DNA of 64,000 bases, from NCBI GenBank assembly GCA_043228905.1, contig JBHGNT010000007.1, forward strand, positions 1,302,001-1,366,000. Direction: 5' to 3'. Below are positions 1 through 11,999 of the stretch, piece by piece. Both the position numbers and the translations under genes were made by a program. Source of the stretch: Azolla caroliniana. Lineage: Eukaryota; Plantae; Polypodiophyta. Each line of letters starts with the position of its first letter. Position 1 is the first letter of the stretch. The notes under the pieces are model-generated. The model did no database searches. It had not been told where the DNA came from and was given only the letters and a program-made list of their open reading frames with translations.

Positions 1-1202
1 ACAATGTACCACACTCATACATTAGAGGGTCAAAATAACAAAAGGAGAGCACAAGAATCCTCGATGTTAGGTGTTACAAGGGATTAGATTACTGATAACC
101 AAGACCATCTCATCTTCTACATCTTCAACAACGTGAGTGGAAACTTGACATCCTTGGTAGGAAGTGTTGGGGATGGCTCAAGCGTTTGGAGAGCAAAGGG
201 TTCTGAAGTGAGATAAGAGCTACTAGAGGAACTTCCATGTGGCCGATACATTGATGTTGTCACATGGACAATACCAATGAGCATAAATTGTGGTGCTAAC
301 CATTAGGTGATGGAACTCACTTGTGTTACTCAAGGAGAAGGCTACACTTTGTCGGGTCATGGGTTTCAATTGTGTTTATTGATCCACACAATTGATGTCT
401 AGTCCTCAAGATCTTTGTACTTTGCACAAAAAAGCTTATAGATCCAATATGGTATTATAACTAAGGATTAGCTCAACTTATCCCACTCAAGGGTGTTCCT
501 ACTCTTAATGTTTATTTAGGAGGGTGGTATATTGACACTTTAAGAAATTTTCTACGTTGAATGCATCCATTCTCGCCTCTTATCGACGTCCTCTTTCTTT
601 TGCGCATGTGGGATAGCCACTCATGCACCTGCCTCTCTAGATATTGACACCATAGGATTGAGAATAACTCAATCCTTACCCTTCATTAATCCTTGTGAAC
701 CAGCCAACACCCATTAACATTAAGTAACCTTAAGATTAGAGAACTACTGTTCATTATACCATGTGGTCACACTCGTAACACTAGCAAAGACAACATCCTC
801 GAACACTTGCAAGAAGATGTCCCTATCTTTTCATCGAGGCAATGACCTTGTATCCATGCGTAAGTACGTGAGTGAGCCCACATTTCTAGTCCGCCACCTG
901 TCCCTCTAGTTTGCAAAATTCAATCCCACACTTTGTTCAAAGGTCAATTCAAAAGTTGTTATTTGAAGAAATTGACATCCATTGAATAATTCAGCCAAAA
1001 CCAAAATGGTCACCATACCATTTGTTTCAAAATGGATAAGACATTGAAAAATGTAGGAATCTTTATCCAAGAAACCTTACAAAAGTCTAAAGCTTAATGA
1101 GGTTCTAAGAGTCTATAAATTGTGTTACACCAATATCCTCAATAGCAAGCAAGGTATTCCATCACAAGCAAATCCGTGTGTCCTCAGTGAATCTAGGGTT
1201 TA

Positions 1203-1892
1203 ATGAAGATGTCCCGACAAACATTTGTGCTTCTACTGTCAGTGGCCGCGGCATTCGTATTTACATTATCGATCAATCTTGGTGCCATGGCGCAAAGCGG
1301 CTGCGGGGGGAGTTGCAACACACTCGACGATTGTGACGGCCAACTCATTTGCATCAATGGTAAGTGTGACGATGACCCGGATGTAGGCACCACTATTTGC
1401 CAGGGCAGTGGGGGAGGCGGTGGCACTGGAGGAGACGGCAATACGTGCCCCACCACAAGCCAGAACTCGGACTCGTGTTGCAATAGCAATACATGCCAGA
1501 AGGTGTCGTGCTCCCCGCCGATTTCTTCTAGTGGAACCGCGGCCACTCTCACTCTCAATAGCTTTGCACCTGATGGTGATGGCGGTGGCCCGTCGGAATG
1601 CGATGGCCAATATCATTCGGACGACACTCAAGTGGTCGCGCTCTCGACCGGGTGGTACAGTGGAGGCAGCCGGTGCGGGCGCAACATCCGAATCAATGGC
1701 AACGGCCAGTCCACACTTGCGACCGTGGTGGACGAATGTGACTCGGAGAATGGGTGCGACTCGGAGCACGCCGGACAACCCCCTTGCGCCAACAACATCG
1801 TGGACGGCTCCCCGGCCGTTTGGGCAGCCCTCGGCGTGTCCCAGAATAGCGACATGTATGGCTTCATGGACGTGACGTGGCAAGATGCTTAG
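1203..1892 (+). CDS. KWL: Kissper-kiwellin (kiwellin/ripening-related protein family), secreted, copy 1, 229 aa
   Basis: Hydrophobic signal peptide; Cys-rich kissper domain [33 protein letters not shown], resembling the N-terminus of kiwifruit Act d 5; Gly-rich linker; DPBB/barwin-like core [10 protein letters not shown]...[14 protein letters not shown]...[31 protein letters not shown]. Intronless. TATAAAT at 1114-1120. Confidence 0.95.
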   Translation: MKMSRQTFVLLLSVAAAFVFTLSINLGAMAQSGCGGSCNTLDDCDGQLICINGKCDDDPDVGTTICQGSGGGGGTGGDGNTCPTTSQNSDSCCNSNTCQKVSCSPPISSSGTAATLTLNSFAPDGDGGGPSECDGQYHSDDTQVVALSTGWYSGGSRCGRNIRINGNGQSTLATVVDECDSENGCDSEHAGQPPCANNIVDGSPAVWAALGVSQNSDMYGFMDVTWQDA

Positions 1893-4195
1893 ATTGAACT
1901 GCCACCTTCTAATTGTACTCTCACAAAAAGTAGTAGCCTTTTGGGCTCTCTGCCTTTAACAATAAAAGAAAGGGTCACTAAGGTCATTCATTGGACGTCC
2001 TTATAAGTGACCTATTCTACTTTGAATAATGAGAATAATGTTATAACTTCATAACTTAATGGATTTGTCTAAAGCTTTCTCTTGTTTTGGATTTCCATGT
2101 GATGTGTTCGTTCGAAAGAGGTAGTTGCTTAGTTGAATTGTGCCATATGAGTCATCCAATTCTACCTCATCTCAGCTTGTAAGTTGTGCATAATGCGTAT
2201 CTTGCTCTACGGCGAGATAATATAACTATACCTTCAATTTAAGAAATAAATATTGGGACATTCCCATACTTGTTGGTAGCTTCACCCTTCACTAATTTAG
2301 GTGGCAATAACAACACTAGATTTAATATGTTTTGATGGCAATTCTCTCGGCTTTTTGATAGCTCCTGGGTGATTTGTCAAAGTTGAAATTAAATTGCCGA
2401 CTTGAATGTAGCAATAGTTCCATTGGAGGTTTTGATCACATTTAGTGCAATGTCTCCATGACTATTGTGTCAACAGTTCATAGGAATCATGGATGTACCA
2501 AAAGCGTGGAACATTAAATTCAACATCTAGAATTGGACAGAAAATTAACTCCAAAACGTGTGATATCACTAGTAGCTATCACCGATTATTACTTATGAAA
2601 CATTTGGCACTATGCTAAGATTACAAGAGAAGGGTAAGAGCAAGGAATGAAAACAATACACAAAAAATTAGCATAGAGTTGCAATAAACAACAATATCTT
2701 TTTGCATATTCTACGGAAATATCCTCTTTAAAATAGTGCCACAAGGCAACACATGTTGTGAAACATTAGTCTTCAAAGAGTCATGAACACCATTTAAGTA
2801 TATTTACAATGTGTGCTCCCTAGAAACTTCAATGAAGATGTTTTGTCCGTTTTGCACTCGTCAAAGGGCCAACACCCATTTCTTTTCATACTGGATCCTA
2901 ACTTCATGATCTTTCTAAGCTAGATGAAGGACATTTTGTCCATTTCGCACTCATTGAATGGCCGATGCCCCTTTCTTTTCATATTAGATCCTAGCTTCAT
3001 TATCTTTGCAAGGTAGATGACGTTTCTACCACATCTACACCATGTTTGGCCAAAAGGTTTCTCATGGCCTCCACCTATATAGTTAATTAGTTAGTCATTT
3101 GGCACCAAATAGCTTGCTCTTCAGGTGGGCTTGTCTTAAATTCCCCTAGGTGTTAGTTAGCACACCATTGCTAGGGTAATGACTAGCAGTGATGGAGTTC
3201 TCGATTGTAATCTCCCAACCTAAATGGACAAGGGCCTCTTCCTCTCTACCCTAGAAGCAACAACTAGCATGTCCTCATATGCTTGGAAGAACTTCCTATC
3301 TTTTCTTTGGAAGAACAATCAAAAGACCAAAGGAATTCAAAAGTAGTTACTTGAGGGAATTGCCATCCATTTTAATAATTTAGCCAAACCTAAGAAGGTC
3401 ACACCAGATGGTTGGGTCAAGGTGGATGGGCATAGAAAATGCACAAAAACCTATCCGGGATTAGTTTTATGGCCATGAGCTACCTTAAAGGAGTTTGGGC
3501 CCATTTTCTTTTAGTCATTTCATGCCCTTTGAGATTAAATGTATCAATAGGGAAGGATCTCTTGTTTTATCATTTTGGATATACCTTAGCATATATCTAT
3601 GCATACCAATGATTGGAAATCACTTGTGTATTTTAAAGTTTGTTTGTCGCATTTGATATTGCAATTCTAGATCTTGCAAAACCCGATTCACTCGGTGGAA
3701 AATCCTTTTCATACTTTTCATCACTCTCAATTCCCTTAAATCTATCTCTCTACATATTTTTTGTATATTTGGAACACACAAACTCTAAATCTGAGCCCAC
3801 GCGCTAATGGTTAACTGCACATTTTCCCGTCCCCAGTCCAAACTCCTCGATATGCATCATGTGGTATGCTAAAAAAGGCACTGAATTGACATCCATTGAA
3901 AAATTTAGCCAAACTTAATAAGGTCGCACCATATGGTTGGGTCAAGGTGGATAGACATAATACATGTCGGAACTCTTTTCAAGAGACCTAAAACGTCAAA
4001 GAGTTATGGATGACTATCGAAAACAAAAAGAAATTTTGAAAGCTATGTGGTACCATACCATGAAGGGGGGGGGGGGGGGGGGCGCTATAAATTGCACACC
4101 AATCTTCATGCCACATACATGATAACAAAACAAGCTTGGTATTTTCCATCACTACCAAGTGTGTCCTCAAGTGAACCTAAGGTTCTGATCTAAAA

Positions 4196-4891
4196 ATGGT
4201 CCACCAAGCATGTGTGCTTGTAATGTTGATCGCCGCGGCACTGGTATTTACATTATCAATCGATCTTGGTGCCGTGGCACAAAGCAGCTGTGGGGGGAGT
4301 TGCAACACTCTCAACGATTGTGACGGCCAACTCATTTGCATCAACGGTAAGTGTAACGATGACCCGGATGTAGGCACCACTATTTGCAAGGGAAGCGGCG
4401 GAGGAGGGGGTGCAGGAGGGGGCGGTGGAGGCGGCCGAAACACGTGCCCCGCGACAAACCAGAACACCGGCTCGTGTTGCCGTCGCAACACCTGCCAGAA
4501 GGTGTCGTGCTCGCCGAGAGTCTTGTCTAGTGGAACCAAAGCCACTCTCACGGTCAATAGCTTCGAGCGTGGCGGTGATGGTGGCGGGCCGTCCGAATGC
4601 GACGGCCGATACCATTCCAACCAAAGACAAGTGGTCGCGCTCTCGACCGGGTGGTACAGTGGAGGCAGCCGGTGCGGGCGCAAGATCCGAATCAATGGCA
4701 ATGGCCGGTCCACACTCGCGACCGTGGTGGACGAATGTGACTCGGAGAATGGGTGCGACTCGGAGCACGCCGGACAACCCCCTTGCGCCAACAACATCGT
4801 GGACGGCTCCCCGGCCGTTTGGGCGGCTCTCGGAGTGTCCCAGAATAGCGACATGTATGGCTTCATGGACGTGACGTGGCAAGATGCTTAG
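4196..4891 (+). CDS. KWL: Kissper-kiwellin copy 2, Arg-enriched (basic) paralog, 231 aa
   Basis: Same domain layout as copy 1. The last ~60 codons and the 3' flank are nearly identical to copy 1. TATAAAT at 4086-4092. Confidence 0.95.
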   Translation: MVHQACVLVMLIAAALVFTLSIDLGAVAQSSCGGSCNTLNDCDGQLICINGKCNDDPDVGTTICKGSGGGGGAGGGGGGGRNTCPATNQNTGSCCRRNTCQKVSCSPRVLSSGTKATLTVNSFERGGDGGGPSECDGRYHSNQRQVVALSTGWYSGGSRCGRKIRINGNGRSTLATVVDECDSENGCDSEHAGQPPCANNIVDGSPAVWAALGVSQNSDMYGFMDVTWQDA

Positions 4892-5330
4892 ATTGAAATG
4901 CCACCTCCTAATTGTACTCTCACAAAAAGTAGTAGCCTTTTGGGCTCCGTGCCTTTAACAATAAAAGAAAGGGTCACTAAGGTCATTCATTGGACGTCCT
5001 TATAAGTGACCTAATCTACTTTGAATAATGAGAACAATGTTGTAACTTCATAACTTATGTGCGTAGAGACTCGAAAGAGGTAGTTGCTTAGTTGAATTGT
5101 GCTATATGAGTCATCCAATTCTACCTTATCTCAACTTGTGCACATATCATACCCTAAAGTTTTGCATAATTGGTATCTTGCTCTAGAAAAAGATATTAAA
5201 GCTCTACCTTCAATTTAAATAAGAAATATTGGGACATTGCCATAGTTGTTGGTAGTTTCACTCATCACTAATTAAAATATGTTGATGCTTGCAAAAAACA
5301 CTGTCAACACATCTAAATATGTTACATGAC

Positions 5331-5556
5331 ATTAATCAGGCATACTAGGCAAGGCAACGCCGATCTACACTCAACATTGGATGAACACTTATACTCAAAA
5401 TCATTATCCATGACCTCTTGTGTGCACCTAGCACAATGCCTCGATTAATCAGGCATACTAGGCAAGGCAACGCCGATCTACACTCAACATTGGATGAACA
5501 CTTATACTCAAAATCATTGTCCATGACCTCTTGTGTGCACCTAGCACAATGCCTCG
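5331..5556. repeat. Direct tandem duplication, 2 x 113 bp, near-identical
   Basis: ATTAATCAGGCATACTAGGCAAGGCAACGCCG...CACAATGCCTCG starts at 5331 and again at 5444. One substitution seen (attatcc/attgtcc). Confidence 0.9.
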
Positions 5557-6506
5557 ATTAGAAGAGAAGAGTAAGAGCAAGGGACAAAAACGATATGGAA
5601 AATGACACAAAAGATCAACGTAGAGTCGCAATAAGCAAGAGTATCTCGTTTGTATATTCTACTAAAACATCCTCTTCACAATGTTGCCATTGTGCCACAA
5701 GGCAACACATGTAGTGAAACATTAGTTTTAAAGAGTCGTGAACACTATTTAGTACATTTACATGTGCTCCCTTTGCATACTACAACAAAGACTCTTTGTC
5801 CGTTTTGCCTTTCATGTTCGATCCTAGCGTCGTGATCATCCCCGAGGTATGATGAAGGACTTTTTGTCCGTTTTGAACTCATCGAATGGCAATGCCTCTT
5901 TCTTTTTGAAATCTTTTGGGAAAAAAAAAATGCCCCTTTCTTTTCATATTGGATCCTAGCTTCATGATCTTCCTCAGCAACAGGCATATCCTCATATGCC
6001 TGGAAGAGATTCCTCTCTTTTCATTGGAAGAAAAATCAAAAGACGAAAGGAATTCAAAAGTAGTTATTTGACGGAATTGACATCCATTTTAATAATTTAG
6101 CCAAACCTAAGAAGGTCACACCATATGGTTGGGTTAAGGTGGATGAATAACTCTCCAGGATTAGTTGTATGGCCATGTGCTACCTTAAGGATGTTTGGAT
6201 CCACTTTCTTTTAGTTATTTTTATGCCCTTTGACATTAAATGTCTCAATAAGGAAGGCATTAGACATAGAAAATGTAGTAACTCTTTTCAACAAACCTAA
6301 AAAGTCTAAGAGTCATGGATAACCACCAAAACTCCCAAGAAATTTCGAAAGCTATGTGGTACCATACCATGAAGGGTCTTGCATTTGGGAGGGGCCTATA
6401 AATCGCCATTAAATCCTTTTGCCACATACATGATAAACAAAACAAGCTCGACATTTTTCCATCACTACCAAGTGTGTCCTCTAGTGAACCTAGGTTCTAA
6501 TTGAAA

Positions 6507-7178
6507 ATGGTCCGACAAGTATGTGTGCTTGTAACATTGCTCGCCACGGCATTGGTATTTACATTAACGATCAATCTTGGTGCCATGGCACAGAACAGCT
6601 GCGGGGGCAGTTGTAGCACTCTCAACGATTGTGTCGGACAACTCATTTGCACCAATGGTAAGTGTAACGATGACCCGGACATCAGCACCACTATTTGCGA
6701 GGGCAGCGGAGGAAACACCTCCGATAACGGAAACATGTGCCCTGCTATGAGCCAGAACTCAGACACGTGTTGCTCTAGCAATACATGCCAGAAGGTGTCA
6801 TGCTCGCCGCCGATTTCTTCCAGTGGAACTGCGGCCACTCTCACTCTCAACAATTTCGGGAGTGATGAAAGCGGCCCGTCAAAATGCGACGGCCAATACT
6901 ATTCGGAAAATTCATTAGTGGTGGCTCTCTCGACCAGGTGGTACAGTGGGGGAAGTCGGTGCGGGCGCAAGATTCAAATAAATGGAAATGGCCGGTCCAC
7001 ACTTGCGACCGTGGTGGACGAATGTGACTCGGAGAATGGGTGCGACGCGGAGCACGCCGGACAACCCCCTTGCGCCAACAACATCGTGGACGGCTCCTCT
7101 GCCGTTTGGGCGGCCCTTGGTGTGTCCCAGGATAGCGACATGTATGGCTTCATGGACGTGACGTGGCAAGATGCTTAG
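6507..7178 (+). CDS. KWL: Kissper-kiwellin copy 3, 223 aa from ATG 6507
   Basis: Same layout. The ORF track starts at TTG 6501; ATG 6507 aligns with the copy 2 start. Short linker and altered [11 protein letters not shown] loop. TATAAAT at 6397-6403. Confidence 0.93.
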   Translation: MVRQVCVLVTLLATALVFTLTINLGAMAQNSCGGSCSTLNDCVGQLICTNGKCNDDPDISTTICEGSGGNTSDNGNMCPAMSQNSDTCCSSNTCQKVSCSPPISSSGTAATLTLNNFGSDESGPSKCDGQYYSENSLVVALSTRWYSGGSRCGRKIQINGNGRSTLATVVDECDSENGCDAEHAGQPPCANNIVDGSSAVWAALGVSQDSDMYGFMDVTWQDA

Positions 7179-7980
7179 ATTGAAATGCCACCTCCTAATT
7201 GTACTCTAACAAAAAGTAGTAGACTTTTGGGCTCCTTGCCTTTAACAATAAAAGAAAGGGTCACCAAGGTCATTCATTGGACGTCCTTATAAGTGACCTA
7301 ATCTTCTATGAATGATAATAATAATAAGGCTATAACTTTATAACTTTGATGAGTTTTTCGAAAGGTCACCCTTAATATATTCGTGAACAAGTCAATTGGT
7401 TTGTTTGAATTGTGCCACATGTGTTGTAAAAAATCAAAAACATGTTTGTAAATATACATGGTAAATACGAGTACACATGCACCAATCATTGCACACACAC
7501 ACACACACATATATATATTTACTTACATGCACATGCACATGAATGTTTTCCTATGTTATCTCATAGAGGGAAGATAGGCATATAAGGCGCACATTGAAAC
7601 ACTTTCACACTTAGTCGAAACTTTTTTTACAAACTCTCGTGGATAGTTAGAGTAAAGTAGAAAGGAGACAAGGAATGTGAGACAAGAGACAATATATTGA
7701 GAGATAAAGAATGAGTTGTACTTGTGATACCATAACTAGTGTTGTTCAATCTTGATTGGGATCAAATTGAACCACTGTGTTTATACATGTCCCTGATCAC
7801 TGCATGTGCATGCATGCTCGAGAAGTGTCTATACCTTTCCAAAGATTTCTAGAATGACAAAACTATAAATATATAAACATGTTGTTATAATGAATTATAT
7901 AATGTGTGGAGATGCATTGGTTGTGACCTTTGGTTGGAGGCTCAATTGATGTTTCTTATACGAACATACTCATATTGAAA

Positions 7981-8115
7981 TGCAATACATCAAAATCATG
8001 AAAACACATACATGTTCATTTAGTTCTCATACTTGTTTACATATTCAAGTGCAATACATCAAAATCATGACAACACATACATGTTCATTTAGTTCTCATA
8101 CATGTTTACATATTC
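7981..8115. repeat. Tandem duplication, 2 x ~69 bp
   Basis: TGCAATACATCAAAATCATGA.AACACATACATGTTCATTTAGTTCTCATAC.TGTTTACATATTC at 7981 and 8050. Confidence 0.85.
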
Positions 8116-9071
8116 TAATGTAGTAGATCAAAATCACGACAAACACGTACATGCTTATGTAAATGTTGTCGAACAAAATCAGCGGTGGGTAGGTTGGGAT
8201 AGTCTAGTCCTAAGTTATGTAAATGAAAGGGACACTTTAAGGAAGAACACATGGATGTTCAACATGAATGAAATCATTAAGAAGGAATATGAGAGCCTAA
8301 AAGAAAATATCAATGTTGAAGAGAAGATGAAAATGATACCAAAGCTCAAATCTAAAGAACATTAAGTGGAGCCCACCTCCTTGTCCAAAATGCTCGATAA
8401 CACTGTCCACGAGAACATGGGAATAAAAGAAGCAGACAATACAAAGGTTCATGTGCAACATGAAGAGAAGACCAAGAGAGAAGGATGATTAAGTGGCCAA
8501 GGACAAGGCCAAATAAAAGCAAAAGGATGAATACAAGAGATCCATAGATACAATTTTGATAGATGATGAGGTACATCTCTAAAGGTATGAACCTAGGATA
8601 CACAATGTTGATAGTTTCCCATCTTGTCCATTGACTTATTATTTGGGGAGGGGTGAGTGTACATAGATATGGAATGAACCATGATTGAATGTATAATGTA
8701 ACCCAAGTTAAACATAGAAGCTATGGTGGATTTAAGAGTGTAATCATGTCGATGCTTGAGAGTATGTGTCCATAAGAATATATTGGCATACAATGCATTC
8801 CAATAGAATGTATAAATTCATTTGTGGACATCTCAACATGCTAACGAGCAAATGTTTGAAAGAAAATAGTACCCCATCATGAAACTAGGAAGGTGTTAAG
8901 CTTAGCGACATTTGGAAATCAACTTCTTAACCTTTTTGAAATTGCAAGGTATACGACAAGATCCTTCCAAATTTGGAGGATAACTTCAAGTATGATAATT
9001 TCAACATATGTAGATGAAGGTTATCACCTTTTGGGTGAAATGAATGATATATTTTATAATGTTTTTGAACT

Positions 9072-11952
9072 TTAGGATGTGATGATTGGAGGGAGTATGT
9101 TAGATTTGGTGCCAAGGATATTAGCCTTTGTATCCGGGAACATTGAACCTCCAGGAAGATGATCGACAACACCATCGGAAGAAACAGTGATAGGATATGT
9201 GAGGAGGTGGCCCGGGAGGTCCGACTCCACGTCATTGTCATCAATAAAAAGGCGCCAAAGCTCATCAGAGATTGTGTTCACACGACGTATACAATCAAGT
9301 GACCAAGGCGAGAGGAACACTTCCTCTAACCTCCCAAGGTGTTCATACCACAAGGACATTCGAAAGCCATGGATGTCACCCCTTGGGGCACCTTGTCTAG
9401 AGGCCGCGATAGTGTGACAAGGTTGAAATGCACCGACAGCGATCTCCGAGTCACGCCCCCCGTCCATCGAGCGTTGGTTGATGTTCGCGGACCCGACCAA
9501 TATATATTCATCGTCAACTATCATCATCTTCGCGTGCACGTATATCATGAACCGACGGTTGTCCTGGGCGAGAGCGTAATGAGACCCTTCCGGGGGGTTG
9601 TCAGGCGCCACGTATTCGTCCCCGACACGCGCTTCACGGTTCCCTAAGCAAAAGAAGCTGAGGTAGTCCTTGGGGTTGTGGGTCTCCGTGGGGATTCCAG
9701 CATCTCGGAGCGCATCCGCGATGATACGATACATCATCTCGATCGTCCGGCGTTGCCAAAACAAGATGGCTTGGACCGAGCCATCCGTGGGGATGCCTTC
9801 GGGCCACATGGGCATGACCACGTATATGGCAAAGCGCTCGCGCGCTTTAATCTTGGCCGCGATCTTGAGGGCCAGCTCGATTGGGACGAGGTGGACGCAC
9901 TCCGCCTCATTGTCGGAGGCCCAGGCGTGGGAGCTACCGAGGAAGTATTGGTTCTCGATGTAGATAAAGTTCTTGGCACGCCGGATCGCGTGGATGTATG
10001 CATCTTGGATGCTCCGGTCGAGGGTGCTATCTTTGCCGCTCACGAGGCCGGCTCTCGCGGCCAACGCGGGGTCTTCTGGGAAGCCGGACGCGGCACCGCC
10101 ATCGATCGAGCGGAAGACTTGGGCGTGCCACGAAGAAGGATCGTCCCGGAAGGTCACCGGAGATGGCGAGTCGATGGCCGGATTACGGGGTAATGGTACG
10201 AGTTTCCCGGAGATGCCTTGTTTATCCCACCGTTGCTCGAAGTTGTGGAGGATGTCCCATGCCGCCTGGCCCTCGACCCGGCAATGTATGTCATGCCAAG
10301 GCTCCCGTGGCCCGCCTCTCTTGATGCTTGCCCCCGAGAAATTCGGCTGGTGGAAATCTTCGTGGTGCGGCCCGCCTGGTCCGAGTGTCCGAAACAAGGA
10401 GTGGTGTTGGGTGTCGTAGCGACCGTCGCACAAATCGATCCCGCCAACGAAGCTAACTATCCTCCTTTGGTTGCCCGAATTGTCGCCTAGAATGTGAAAA
10501 CACATCTCATGTTAGGATTTCACCCTCCAATCTCATTCAATTGCGTTCGACATATGGCTTGGTGCAAAAATTTATGTGTATATGCTTTACCTGGAAGTGG
10601 GGCATCCACCACAACAGTCTTCTGGTGGTGTGTAAACATGGTGCTGATCTCGATCTCTTGCACCACACTAAGCCCGTTGTCCGGGTTCCTCCCGCACAAA
10701 ACGCAATTCACGTCGCTCCCTTTGAAATACTCTTCGGTATCTTCGTCATGGGTGCCCATGATGCCATTCTTCTTAATGAAGCCTACCGATGTTCGATCAT
10801 CCCATACGAGGATATTCACACGGACACCCTCGCTCGCCTTGTTCTTAAGCAATTGACCGAGCGTGAGACCTTGTGCGCCCTCGATAGGACGGTCGGGATC
10901 ACGAACAAGCTCGATCTTAGTATATATGGACCATCCCGTGACATAGATGAGGTGTTTAGCACCACTAATAGCCTTGTAGATGTCTTCCCAACAACGATGG
11001 AATTCGTGGAGCTTGCCATTGCTGAGGTAGATTTTGGGGTCGAAAGTGTCAGGAACATGAGAGTCTTGGTAGAGGGTGAGCTTACAGCCCGAGTATTGCT
11101 TGAAGAAAGTGTAAGGAACACCAGGGTATTTGTGGTCGACACAACCACGACCATAGAAAGGGTCGGTCGAGATATCAAAGTATTGCATTCGGATGTGAAT
11201 GCGGGCTAAGCCATTGTTGAGAGGGTTGTCATTAGGTTCGAAGAGTTCATAGGATCGGTCGATTTCTTGGCCGGACAAAATGTCGGACACCGGCACCTTT
11301 GTTTGCCCGATAACTTCAGCTCCCACAGGTTTGGCTTCCTTGAGCATGACCAAAATCTCTGACACATTATGTGCACAATAGATGTGGAATGACTCATCCC
11401 ACACTGGATTCAGTCGCTCGTTCTTGATTATGCGTGTCTTAGCCGCCCTCGCATACTCACCCATCTGAATTGATACATACAACTTCTTTGATCCCACCCC
11501 TACCTTTGTTACATCCTTAATTTCGTCTGCGATCTTCAGAACACAAAATTTTATCTATTTTTAGTTCAAGTCATAACTTATACAATCCTTAAGATTGATA
11601 CTTCCTAATCCAATTAATGTCTAATGGCTCATGCATATAATTGAGCTATAATAAGTAGATCTACAATCCAATATAGGTGTATGTAGTGCAACTTGCTGGA
11701 CAATAATGTAGACTTCAATGAGTGTGGTCATTTGCTTTAATAATGGTGGTGTTGGACCTAAAGCTAGATCTGTCTTAAGAGTACATTTAGGATGGGATTA
11801 AAAGCAAATTCCACAATTGACATAGGAATGAAAGTACTTGTATCGATAATATATACCTTGTAAAAGAACTCTGCTATGTTACAATGTTCCTCTGAGAGAT
11901 TTGATGCCTTGATAATGGTAACATGGAGGGTTCCATGGAGGAGCTCTCGAAC

Positions 11953-11955
<3 letters not shown>
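9072..11955 (-). CDS. PLDalpha: Phospholipase D alpha-type (C2-PLD); exons 11955-11857, 11533-10591, 10486-9072; 818 aa
   Basis: N-terminal [11 protein letters not shown]2 start; [14 protein letters not shown]; HKD1 HHQKTVVVD; IYIENQYF; HKD2 [23 protein letters not shown]; C-terminal LPPIITS. GT-AG introns 11856-11534 (phase 0) and 10590-10487 (phase 1) join in frame: 99+943+1415=2457 nt. Confidence 0.95.

Positions 11956-11994
<39 letters not shown>
11956..11994 (-). repeat. (GA)n microsatellite directly upstream of the PLD start codon
   Basis: (CT)~19 on the + strand abuts the CAT at 11953-11955. Confidence 0.9.

Positions 11995-11999
<5 letters not shown>

Noticed and set aside
1193-7169. 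Long antisense and alternate-frame ORFs over the kiwellin genes
   Set aside because: By-products of GC-rich codon usage with no recognisable motifs; they recur only because the genes are duplicated.
9187-11209. Multiple + strand ORFs antisense to PLD
   Set aside because: Shadow ORFs of a GC3-rich coding sequence.
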